Shown here in pieces: positions 25,928 to 33,138 of a stretch of DNA of 33,138 bases. A model generated the notes under the pieces. That model was given only the letters and a program-made list of their open reading frames with translations, made no database searches and was not told the origin of the DNA. The stretch lies in contig CBFGTS010000025.1 of the NCBI GenBank assembly GCA_965652295.1, positions 1-33,138 on the forward strand, in the 5' to 3' direction. The translations under genes and the position numbers were made by a program. Within the stretch, counting starts at the first letter, position 1. The number at the start of each line of letters is the position of its first letter. Origin of the DNA: an uncultured Haloferula sp. (GTDB lineage: Bacteria; Verrucomicrobiota; Verrucomicrobiia; Verrucomicrobiales; Akkermansiaceae).

Positions 25928-27040
25928 ATGGAAAAGGAACAGAGCCCCCCGGGGGGGGGCGCAGGACGGGTCCCGGCATATCGGGAACCGGATGGCGAGG
26001 CAATCCCCGGCTTGGTAGCGGAACTCCGCCGCGAAATCGTCCAAAGCGGCCCGATTTCCTTCGCCCGCTTCATGGACCTCGCGCTCTACCACCCTCATGG
26101 CGGCTACTACGCCGCCCCCGGCCGCCGCGTCGGCCGCGAGGGCGATTTTTTCACCAGCGTCTCCGCCGGGCCCCTTTTCGGGAAACTGCTCGCCCACCAC
26201 GCCGCCGGCATTCTCCGCGAAATCGACGGCCCGGTCCGGATGCTCGAACTCGGCGCCCACGACGGCACCCTGGCGCATGACATCCTGGAAACCCTCGCCG
26301 CCACCGAGCCCGCGCTGCTCGACCGGCTGGAGTATGCCATCGTCGAACCGCTGCCGCCGCTCGCCCAGCGCCAGCGGGAAAACCTCGCCGGTTTTCCCGT
26401 CCGCATCGTCCCCACTGCGGACGATCTCGATCCCCGCCCCGGCATCCTCGTCGCCAACGAGCTGATCGACGCCCTGCCCTGTCGGCTCGTCGAGTCCACC
26501 GGCACTGGCTGGGTGGAGATCGGCGTCGGTCTTGATGAACACGGCGACTTCACATGGTGCCCACTCGGACCCTACGAGGACAACCTTCCCCTGCGTCCCG
26601 CCGGATACCGCACCGAGGTCCGCCCCGGCCTTGCCGATTTCCTCCGTCCCCTTGCTCCTCTGGTTTCGCCCGGGCGCATGATCTTCATCGACTATGGCTT
26701 TGAGCGTGAGGAATTCCTCGAGCCCGCCCGGAACGGGGGCACGCTCCAGACCTACTACAACCATCGTAAGGGAGACGATCCGTTCGATTCTCCGGGGGAG
26801 CGGGACATCACCGCTCATGTCGATTTCAGCGCCCTGCGCGAGGCGATCGGATCCGTCGGTGGCGAGGTCGTGCGCTTCGAGAACCAGGCCCGTTTCCTGA
26901 CCGGTGTGGCCCGCCCGTGGCTGCTCGGCCTCGAAGGCCGCACCGATGCCGCGACCATGAAACTGCTTCGGAATTTCCAGACCCTCACCCACCCCGCCCA
27001 GCTCGGCACCCGCTTCCACGTCATGGAGGCTGTATTCTGA
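25928..27040 (+). CDS. SAM-dependent methyltransferase, MidA/NDUFAF7 family
   Basis: FARFMDLALY...GYY...GDFFTS, ELGAHDG, ANELIDALP, IDYG, DITAHVDF. The true start may be TTG at 26012. Confidence 0.9.
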   Translation: MEKEQSPPGGGAGRVPAYREPDGEAIPGLVAELRREIVQSGPISFARFMDLALYHPHGGYYAAPGRRVGREGDFFTSVSAGPLFGKLLAHHAAGILREIDGPVRMLELGAHDGTLAHDILETLAATEPALLDRLEYAIVEPLPPLAQRQRENLAGFPVRIVPTADDLDPRPGILVANELIDALPCRLVESTGTGWVEIGVGLDEHGDFTWCPLGPYEDNLPLRPAGYRTEVRPGLADFLRPLAPLVSPGRMIFIDYGFEREEFLEPARNGGTLQTYYNHRKGDDPFDSPGERDITAHVDFSALREAIGSVGGEVVRFENQARFLTGVARPWLLGLEGRTDAATMKLLRNFQTLTHPAQLGTRFHVMEAVF

Positions 27041-27045
27041 TGCGC

Positions 27046-27789
27046 TCAAGCCTCGTCCATCACCCGCTTTTGAATGCGGCGCAGCGCCTTCAACATCCGC
27101 CACCACTCGCCGGGGCGCAGGCGGCTGTGCTCCATTTCCTCCCAGCTCACCGGCACCTCGTCCCACGAGCGCCCCGCGACGTGCAGCTCGACGAGCAACT
27201 CCACGTCGAAGGCAAAGCCATCCTCGTGAAGCCGTCGCGCCACGGCCCGGAAATCCTCGCCGCGGATCACCTTCGCCCCGCACTGGGTGTCGGCGGTTTC
27301 CAGCCCCAGCATGAGACGCACCGTCAAAAGAAACCCTCGGTGACGCAGCGCCCGCCACAGGCCTTCGTGAATCGTCGTCTCACCGGTGCGGACGCGCACG
27401 CCGACCACCGACTGCCGGGTTGCCTCCGCCCGCGCGATCAGGCGCACCATGTCTGGCCCGCTGATGCTGCCATCGGCATCCACGAAACCCAGCCACTCCG
27501 CCTGGGGAAACTTCACCCACGCCTCCCGGATCACGCCACCTTTTCCCCGGTGCCGCTCCGCCTCCAGCACCGTGACGTGCGGAAAGATTTCCCGCACGTC
27601 CTCGCGGATCCGCTCCAAGCGGCCGATCTCCTCCGGCCCCGAGCCATCGTCGGCGATCACCCACTGCACCCGCCGCGAATACCCGGCCAGCGCCCTCGCC
27701 AGCTCCGGTGCGTATCGGGCGAGCCTCGCGGAGTCCTTCCACACCGGCGTCACCAGAACGGAAGTTGCCACGCCCTCTCCAATCGACAT
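27046..27789 (-). CDS. GT2 glycosyltransferase, polyprenol-phosphate glycosyltransferase-like
   Basis: ADDGS, HRGKG, FVDADG, DTQCGAK, FAFDVELL (alternative GTG start at 27771). Confidence 0.88.
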   Translation of the reverse strand: MSIGEGVATSVLVTPVWKDSARLARYAPELARALAGYSRRVQWVIADDGSGPEEIGRLERIREDVREIFPHVTVLEAERHRGKGGVIREAWVKFPQAEWLGFVDADGSISGPDMVRLIARAEATRQSVVGVRVRTGETTIHEGLWRALRHRGFLLTVRLMLGLETADTQCGAKVIRGEDFRAVARRLHEDGFAFDVELLVELHVAGRSWDEVPVSWEEMEHSRLRPGEWWRMLKALRRIQKRVMDEA

Positions 27790-27846
27790 TCTCCTCCAAC
27801 GTCCGCAATGCCCGCCGGCTTTCATCCGTAGGCACTCCCGACCACT

Positions 27847-29298
27847 ATGTCCCGCCTTGCCGTCTGTTGGATTCTCGTGCTCGCCCTCGCCGGTTGGCTG
27901 CGCTTCCACGATCCCGGCTCGCGGCCGCTGCATGCCGATGAAGCCACCGGCGCGCGCATCACCGCCCGGGCGCTCGAGGGTGGGTACCGTTTCGACCCCG
28001 TCCACTACCACGGCCCGGTCCTCCACCGTCTCGGCCAGCTTGCCTCCCTCGCTGCCGGGCACCGCCGCTGGGCGGAAATGGAGATCGCCCCGCTGCGCGC
28101 CGTGACCGCCACCGCCGGCTTGCTACTCGCCGCCCTGCCGCTGCTCGGCATCCGTCGTTTCGGCCACGGGCCGATGTTGCTCGCCGCACTGCTTTTGGCC
28201 ACCTCGCCGCTGCTGGTTTACTACAGCCGGATGTTCATCCACGAGATCCTGCTCGCCCTCTTCGGCGGCTTGGTTCTCGCCCAGCTCGCGCTCGGCCGGC
28301 ATCTGTGGCTCATCGGTCTGTGGGCCGGCCTCATGTGGGCCACCAAGGAAACCGTCGTGATCAGCCTCCTCGCCTGGTCCTCCGCCGCTCTCGCCTGCTG
28401 GCTGCTGCTTGGAAAAGCTCGTCCCCACCCGCTCGCGTTGCTCCGCCGTCACGGCCGCGACCTCGCGACCGGCCTCGTCCTTTTCCTGCTCGTCGCCCTC
28501 GCCTTCTACACCGATGGTTTCCGCCATGGCCGCGGGGCGATCGATGCGATCCGCACCTACTTCGTCTACCACACCGTCGAGGGCCACGACAAATCCCCCG
28601 CCTGGTATCTTCAGCTACTCGGTTTCCCCGAGAAACTCGGCGGACTCTGGTGGTGGACCGGCGGGCCACTGCTGCTCGCGCTGATCGCGACCTTTGTCCA
28701 ACCCAGCCCCTCCAAGACCTTCCTCGCCCTTTCGGCCTTCTTCCACTTCCTCATCTATTCGCTCTTCACCTACAAAACCCCGTGGCTGATGGCGCTTCCC
28801 CTGGCGCATGTCCTCCTTCTTGGCGGCATGACCGTTCCCCTCCTCCGCTCACCGCGTCCCCGTCAGCTCGCCGCCGCGATGGCACTCACCCTCATGGTCG
28901 CCTGGCAGCTCCTCCAGGCCCATCGCGCCGCCTTCCAATTCCCCTCCGAGTCCCGCAACCGTCTCGCCTACGTCCCCACCAGCCCGGACATCTCCACGCT
29001 TGAGGCATGGCTGGAGAAGCTCGACGCCTCCCAGCCCGACCTGCCTCTCCAACCGATCGCCGTCATCGGCAGCGACTACTGGCCGCTCCCGTGGTACCTC
29101 CGCCGCTACGGGCAGGTCGGCTATTACCCCGAGGCCCCCGCCAGCCTTGAGCGCCTTCCTCTCGTTTTCGCCATCGGCGACCTCACCGACATCCTCGCCA
29201 CCACCCACGTCCCCGTCCCCCGCGGTCTGCGCGACGGCGTGCCCGTCACCGCCTGGGTCCGCACCGATTTCTGGGACGCCTCCACCCGCAATCCCTGA
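27847..29298 (+). CDS. GT-C fold membrane protein, TIGR03663/Agl23-like (PMT_2-type)
   Basis: HADEA, YRFDPVHYHGP, SPLLVYYSRMFIHE, ATKE, YKTPW, WPLPWYLR; many TM segments. Confidence 0.82.
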   Translation: MSRLAVCWILVLALAGWLRFHDPGSRPLHADEATGARITARALEGGYRFDPVHYHGPVLHRLGQLASLAAGHRRWAEMEIAPLRAVTATAGLLLAALPLLGIRRFGHGPMLLAALLLATSPLLVYYSRMFIHEILLALFGGLVLAQLALGRHLWLIGLWAGLMWATKETVVISLLAWSSAALACWLLLGKARPHPLALLRRHGRDLATGLVLFLLVALAFYTDGFRHGRGAIDAIRTYFVYHTVEGHDKSPAWYLQLLGFPEKLGGLWWWTGGPLLLALIATFVQPSPSKTFLALSAFFHFLIYSLFTYKTPWLMALPLAHVLLLGGMTVPLLRSPRPRQLAAAMALTLMVAWQLLQAHRAAFQFPSESRNRLAYVPTSPDISTLEAWLEKLDASQPDLPLQPIAVIGSDYWPLPWYLRRYGQVGYYPEAPASLERLPLVFAIGDLTDILATTHVPVPRGLRDGVPVTAWVRTDFWDASTRNP

Positions 29299-29318
29299 TC
29301 TCAAATCTGCGATTCCAG
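29291..29318 (+). repeat. Four AT(C/T)-N4 heptamers spanning the gene junction
   Basis: ATCCCTG ATCTCAA ATCTGCG ATTCCAG. Confidence 0.45.
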
Positions 29319-30151
29319 TGCGACATTTCCAGCACGAGGCCATGAACACCACCTTTCACCTGCGCTTCCCCGGCGAAGCGCACGGTGCGGCGGACATGGC
29401 CATCGAGTGCTTCGAGGAATTGGACCGCCTTGAGGGAAAACTCAGCCGTTTTCGCGAGGACAGCGACATCGGCCGCATCAACGTCATGACCGCCGGCGAA
29501 ACCCTCCACCTCGCCGAAGAAACCCACGCCTGCCTCCTCATCGCGCTGGAAATGCACGCCGCCACCGGCGGGCTCTTCGACATTTCGCTGGGCCGCGCCA
29601 TCCGCCATCGCAAGGACGCCGAGGCCGGCCCCACGCCGCCTCTTTCCGGCCAGCTCATGATCCACCCCGACCGCGCCGCCGTCACCTGCCTCCAACCCGG
29701 CCGCGAACTCGATCTCGGCGGCATCGGCAAGGGCTTCGCCCTCGACCACCTCGCCCGCATCCTCACCACCTGGGATGCCCCCGCCTGCCTGCTTTCCGCC
29801 GGTGCCAGCACCCACCTCGCCTTCGGCGGACACGAGTGGCCGCTCGAACTCACCGGCGATGCCGCCCGCCTTGAAATTTCCCTCCGCGACGCCGCGCTCA
29901 GCGCCTCCGGCACCGGGATCCAGGGCAGCCACATCGTCCACCCGGATCCCGCCGCCCCGCTCGCCGCCGGCCGCCAGTGGGTGCTCGCCACCACCGCCGC
30001 CATTGCCGACGCCTGGTCCACGGCCCTCATTCTCGCCCCATCCGAGGCCATCCCCGGGCTGCTCCGGGACGCTTCTTGTGTCACCGGCTGGATTCAGGAG
30101 ATAGACGGGCGGCCCGAGAAACGTTTCCCTCTCCCAAATTCGACCTCATGA
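29318..30151 (+). CDS. apbE: FAD:protein FMN transferase (ApbE family), no signal peptide
   Basis: AMNTTF, LSRFREDSDIGRIN, TGGLFDI, DLGGIGKG, SASG, HIVHP, ADAWSTAL. GTG start at 29318. Confidence 0.85.
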   Translation: MRHFQHEAMNTTFHLRFPGEAHGAADMAIECFEELDRLEGKLSRFREDSDIGRINVMTAGETLHLAEETHACLLIALEMHAATGGLFDISLGRAIRHRKDAEAGPTPPLSGQLMIHPDRAAVTCLQPGRELDLGGIGKGFALDHLARILTTWDAPACLLSAGASTHLAFGGHEWPLELTGDAARLEISLRDAALSASGTGIQGSHIVHPDPAAPLAAGRQWVLATTAAIADAWSTALILAPSEAIPGLLRDASCVTGWIQEIDGRPEKRFPLPNSTS

Positions 30152-31500
30152 AGACCCGCCGTCATTTCCTCACCTCCACCGCCGCCCTCACCGCCGGCAC
30201 CTGGATCGCTCCGCGCTTCGCCATCGGCCAAGGGGGCCGCTCCGCCAATGGCAAGATCAACCTCGCCTTCATCGGCTGCGGTGGCCGCGGCTGGGACAAC
30301 CTCAACGCCCTCGCCGGAGAAAACGTCGTCGCCCTCTGCGACATCGATGACCACCGCGCCGGCGGAGCCTTCCAGCGCTTCCCCAAAGCCAAGCGTTTCA
30401 AGGACTACCGCGAGATGCTCGACAAGATGGGCACGGAGATCGACGCCGTCGTCGTCAGCACCCCCGACCACTCCCATTTCCCCGCCACCATGGCCGCCAT
30501 GGAGTTGGGAAAACACGTCTTCACCGAGAAGCCCCTCGCCCACAACGTCTGGCAGTGCCGGACCCTGAAAAAGGCCGCCAAATATCACGCCGTCATTTCC
30601 CAGATGGGCAACCAGGGTCACGCCACCGAAGGCATCCGCTTCATCAAGGAATGGTATGAGGCCGGTGCTCTCGGCAAGGTCACCGAAGTCCTTGCCTGGT
30701 TCACCGGGCCCGACTTCAACGGCCCGTTCTTCAAGAAGCCCGACACGATGCCGCCGCAGGCGATGCCCGTGCCCGATCACGTCGATTGGGACCTGTGGCT
30801 CGGCCCCCACACCGGCGAGGTCGGGTACAACCCCGTCCTCCATCCGCTCACCTGGCGCGGCTTCTTCGATTTCGGCTGCGCCGAACTCGGCGACTGGGCC
30901 TGCCACACGCTCGACGCTCCCTTCTGGGCGCTGAACCTCGGCATGCCGAATGTCGTCGAGGCCGAGAAACGCGAGGGCGGCTCCGAAATGTTCACGCCGG
31001 ATTCATCCCAGATCCGCTTCGAGTTCCCCGCCCGCGGCGATGCGTCCCCAGTCACGCTGAAGTGGCACGACGGCCACTTCCGCCCTGAAATCCGTCCCGA
31101 GTGGGGCCTCGACCAGCTCGGCAGCGACGGCATGATCATGACCGGCGACAAGGCCACCCTCATGACCGGCGGGCGGCCCGACAGCCCGCGCCTCATCCCG
31201 CAGGACCTGTGGATGGAGTTCCGCAAGAACATCCCCGAGAAGAAGATCCCGCGCGTCGGAAAGGGCGGCCACTACAAGGAATGGACCGATGCCATCCGCG
31301 GCGATGGACCCGTCCCCGGCTCGAATTTCGACTACGCCGCCGATCTCACCGAGATGGCCCTCATCGGCGTCCTCGCCATGCGCTTCGGCGGACGCATCGA
31401 GTACGATGCTGCTAGTATGAAAGTCACCAACCGACCCGAGCTGAACGCCTACCTCAAGGAACCCGCCCGCGAGGGCTGGGTGTATGGCGAGAAGCTCTGA
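30148..31500 (+). CDS. Tat-exported Gfo/Idh/MocA oxidoreductase
   Basis: Twin-arginine signal MKTRRHFL, IGCGGRG, STPDHSH, KHVFTEKP, QMGNQ, WDLWLGP; ATGA overlap with apbE. Confidence 0.93.
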   Translation: MKTRRHFLTSTAALTAGTWIAPRFAIGQGGRSANGKINLAFIGCGGRGWDNLNALAGENVVALCDIDDHRAGGAFQRFPKAKRFKDYREMLDKMGTEIDAVVVSTPDHSHFPATMAAMELGKHVFTEKPLAHNVWQCRTLKKAAKYHAVISQMGNQGHATEGIRFIKEWYEAGALGKVTEVLAWFTGPDFNGPFFKKPDTMPPQAMPVPDHVDWDLWLGPHTGEVGYNPVLHPLTWRGFFDFGCAELGDWACHTLDAPFWALNLGMPNVVEAEKREGGSEMFTPDSSQIRFEFPARGDASPVTLKWHDGHFRPEIRPEWGLDQLGSDGMIMTGDKATLMTGGRPDSPRLIPQDLWMEFRKNIPEKKIPRVGKGGHYKEWTDAIRGDGPVPGSNFDYAADLTEMALIGVLAMRFGGRIEYDAASMKVTNRPELNAYLKEPAREGWVYGEKL

Positions 31501-31562
31501 CGACTCCCCGGAGGAAAGAGGAACCGGCGGGGCTGGCGCTCCGCTCGGAGCCGGATTTCCCC

Positions 31563-31590
31563 TTGCGCGGGAAGGTGCGCCCGTTAGGGT
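31563..31590 (+). promoter_or_regulatory. Possible sigma70-type promoter for small lipoprotein 1
   Basis: TTGCGC-N16-TAGGGT followed by an A/C-rich leader. Confidence 0.35.
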
Positions 31591-31665
31591 GGTGGTATCC
31601 TGAGCAGATGCGCCCAGGTTGCAAAACCGCAGTCAAAACAAACTCAGAAACCACCATCCCGAATT

Positions 31666-31785
31666 ATGAAAATTGCTAAAATCGTCCTCCTCGCCGCTGC
31701 CGCCACAGGCACCTTCCTCGCCGCTTCCTGCTGCGAAAGCGCTCCTGCTCCGGCGGCTCCGACCTACGTCGCGCCGTCCAAGTGA
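31666..31785 (+). CDS. Micro-lipoprotein 1, 39 aa: MKIAKIVLLAAAATGTFLAASCCESAPAPAAPTYVAPSK
   Basis: Manually translated; absent from the ORF track. Basic n-region, hydrophobic h-region, AAS-C lipobox, downstream hairpins. Confidence 0.75.
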   Translation: MKIAKIVLLAAAATGTFLAASCCESAPAPAAPTYVAPSK

Positions 31786-31792
31786 TTTCCCA

Positions 31793-31816
31793 TTCCGCCG
31801 GGATCACCCGGCGGAA
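31793..31816. other. Stem-loop directly after micro-lipoprotein 1
   Basis: TTCCGCCGGG-ATCA-CCCGGCGGAA, 10-bp perfect stem. Confidence 0.6.
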
Positions 31817-31827
31817 ATGACTTTGAT

Positions 31828-31863
31828 TCGGGGCGGACTGCTTGACAGTCCGCCCCGATTTTT
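31828..31863 (+). terminator. Rho-independent terminator containing a TTGACA hexamer
   Basis: 13-bp perfect stem TCGGGGCGGACTG / CAGTCCGCCCCGA, loop CTTGA, then T5. Confidence 0.75.
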
Positions 31864-31896
31864 GGAGAGCAAGACCAGCCAAACTTGAAAAATCCA

Positions 31897-32049
31897 ATGA
31901 TGTTCCGAATCTTCGCCGCCCTTGTCGCTTCCGTTTTCGCGTTCCTGAGCGTTTCGTGCTGCTGCACCAGCGAGCCGACCGCCGCGTCGCTTCGCCCGCT
32001 CCCGGCCTTCCAGGAGATGCCGGCGGCCGAGGTGGATTACTCCAAGTAA
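31897..32049 (+). CDS. Micro-lipoprotein 2, 50 aa: MMFRIFAALVASVFAFLSVSCCCTSEPTAASLRPLPAFQEMPAAEVDYSK
   Basis: Manually translated; absent from the ORF track. A-rich leader, signal peptide with SVS-C lipobox, own terminator. Confidence 0.72.
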   Translation: MMFRIFAALVASVFAFLSVSCCCTSEPTAASLRPLPAFQEMPAAEVDYSK

Positions 32050-32067
32050 TCTTCCCTCGAAAACCTG

Positions 32068-32091
32068 CCGGTGGCGCTGTCACCGGTTTTT
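32068..32091 (+). terminator. Rho-independent terminator after micro-lipoprotein 2
   Basis: CCGGTGGC-GCT-GTCACCGG followed by T5. Confidence 0.65.
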
Positions 32092-32192
32092 CCCCACGCT
32101 CCGCGTCCGCTTCTGCCGGCTCGCGGGGCTTGCTTTGTACGCGCGGCGGGTTTCCGTCTTGATTTCGAGTCGCGAGACGAAAGGTTCATCGC

Positions 32193-33138
32193 GTGGGTTG
32201 GCAGATGCTCGGTGACTCGGCGTGGCTCTATCGTGTGGGCGATGGCGATGCCGGGCTTTGCCTGCGTGGAGCCTTGGACCTCGCCTCGCGGCTGCGGCAG
32301 GCGGGGATCGAGGGCGTGATCGACGTCATCAACGGCTACAATACCGTGGCGGTGCATACGGACCCCGCCGTGTTGGACGAGGTCGGGGAAGTTCTCCGTG
32401 GATTGACGGTGGGGCCGACGGGAGAGGAGTTCACAGGCCGGCAGGTGGAAATCCCGGTCTTGTATGGCGGCCCGGATCTGAAAGAAGCCGCCCGTCGCCT
32501 CGGGATGGAGGTGGAAGAGGTGATCCGGCTTCATACGGGTGCGGAAATGCGGGTGGCCACGCTGGGGTTCGCGCCCGGGTTTCCCTATCTGGCCGGCCTG
32601 CCGGAAGCCTTGCATCTGCCGCGAAAGGCGACCCCGGAGCGGGTCGGGGCCGGAGCGGTCGCGATCGCCGGTGCCCAAGGCGGGATCTATCCGTGTGAGT
32701 CGCCCGCAGGCTGGTGGGTGCTCGGCAAGACGACCGCGACACTTTTCGATCCGGGGAAACATCCGCCCTCCATCCTGATGCCGGGCGACCGGGTGCGCTT
32801 CGTGCAGGTCGATGTCCTCAAGGCCCCGCGCGAGGCTGCGGGCGTGGATTTCACGGAGGGCCCGGTCGAGGTCATCGAGCCAGGAGCCATCACGACGGTG
32901 CAGGACGGCGGCCGTCCCGGCTATCGCGACGCGGGGGTCTCGCCCGGCGGTGCCGCCGATCCGGTGGCGCTGGCGGTGGCCAACACGATGCTGGGCAATG
33001 TTCCGGAAGCGCCTGCGTTGGAAGTCTGCCTGACAGGGCCGCTTCTGAGGTTTCGCGAGCCGTGCCGGGTAGCATGGGTCGGCTGGAAGGGAGGAGGACG
33101 GAGCGCCGACTTCGGGGCGGGCGAAACGCTCGATCTAC
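32193..33138 (+). CDS. pxpB: Fused 5-oxoprolinase PxpB-PxpC (allophanate hydrolase subunits 1+2); runs off the window end
   Basis: Manually translated: LGDSA, VEIPVLYGGPDL, LGFAPGFPYL, GIYPCESPAGW, PGDRVRF, then in frame TTVQDGGRPG, GVSPGGAAD, ANTMLGN, LEVCLTGP. Start GTG 32193 or ATG 32205. Confidence 0.88.
   Translation, partial: MGWQMLGDSAWLYRVGDGDAGLCLRGALDLASRLRQAGIEGVIDVINGYNTVAVHTDPAVLDEVGEVLRGLTVGPTGEEFTGRQVEIPVLYGGPDLKEAARRLGMEVEEVIRLHTGAEMRVATLGFAPGFPYLAGLPEALHLPRKATPERVGAGAVAIAGAQGGIYPCESPAGWWVLGKTTATLFDPGKHPPSILMPGDRVRFVQVDVLKAPREAAGVDFTEGPVEVIEPGAITTVQDGGRPGYRDAGVSPGGAADPVALAVANTMLGNVPEAPALEVCLTGPLLRFREPCRVAWVGWKGGGRSADFGAGETLDL

Noticed and set aside
25751..27358. 535-aa minus-strand ORF and similar long alternative-frame ORFs across the window
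   Set aside because: Antisense to well-supported genes (here the MidA-like methyltransferase) and lacking recognisable domains.
31666..32049. RiPP precursor interpretation of the Cys-containing small ORFs
   Set aside because: N-termini look like ordinary lipoprotein signals, and no modifying enzymes or transporters are adjacent.
1..33138. tRNA, rRNA, integrase or phage genes
   Set aside because: None recognised by eye; intergenic gaps are short and show no cloverleaf or rRNA signatures.

Overview
GC-rich bacterial DNA. Gene content and protein style (LTD/PA14/CotH giant protein, xSSC lipoboxes, TIGR03663-like GT-C) suggest a Verrucomicrobiaceae (Luteolibacter/Haloferula-like) genome; this is inference. 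The left ~3.9 kb is an accessory patch: a 3'-truncated IS481-family transposase with its left end intact, then a TetR / SDR / MDR-oxidoreductase cassette. The rest is mostly core-like genes: DUF455 ferritin-like/ATP-grasp fusion, large secreted CotH kinase, two secreted phosphoesterases, Gfo/Idh/MocA, TRIC channel, rnhA, gamma-CA, esterase, HIT, cupin, RlpA, nucleotidyltransferase-like protein, class A PBP, MidA-like methyltransferase, GT2, Agl23-like GT-C, ApbE, Tat-exported Gfo/Idh/MocA and a fused PxpBC that runs off the end. Most notable observations: (1) two tandem micro-lipoprotein genes absent from the ORF track (39 and 50 aa; SCC/SCCC lipobox, Pro/Ala linker, Tyr...Ser-Lys C-terminus), candidates for an Lpp/OmcA-like envelope tether; (2) three different short DNA repeat elements lying in frame inside the DUF455 gene; (3) a class A PBP with degenerate transpeptidase catalytic motifs. 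No tRNA, rRNA or CRISPR array was seen.
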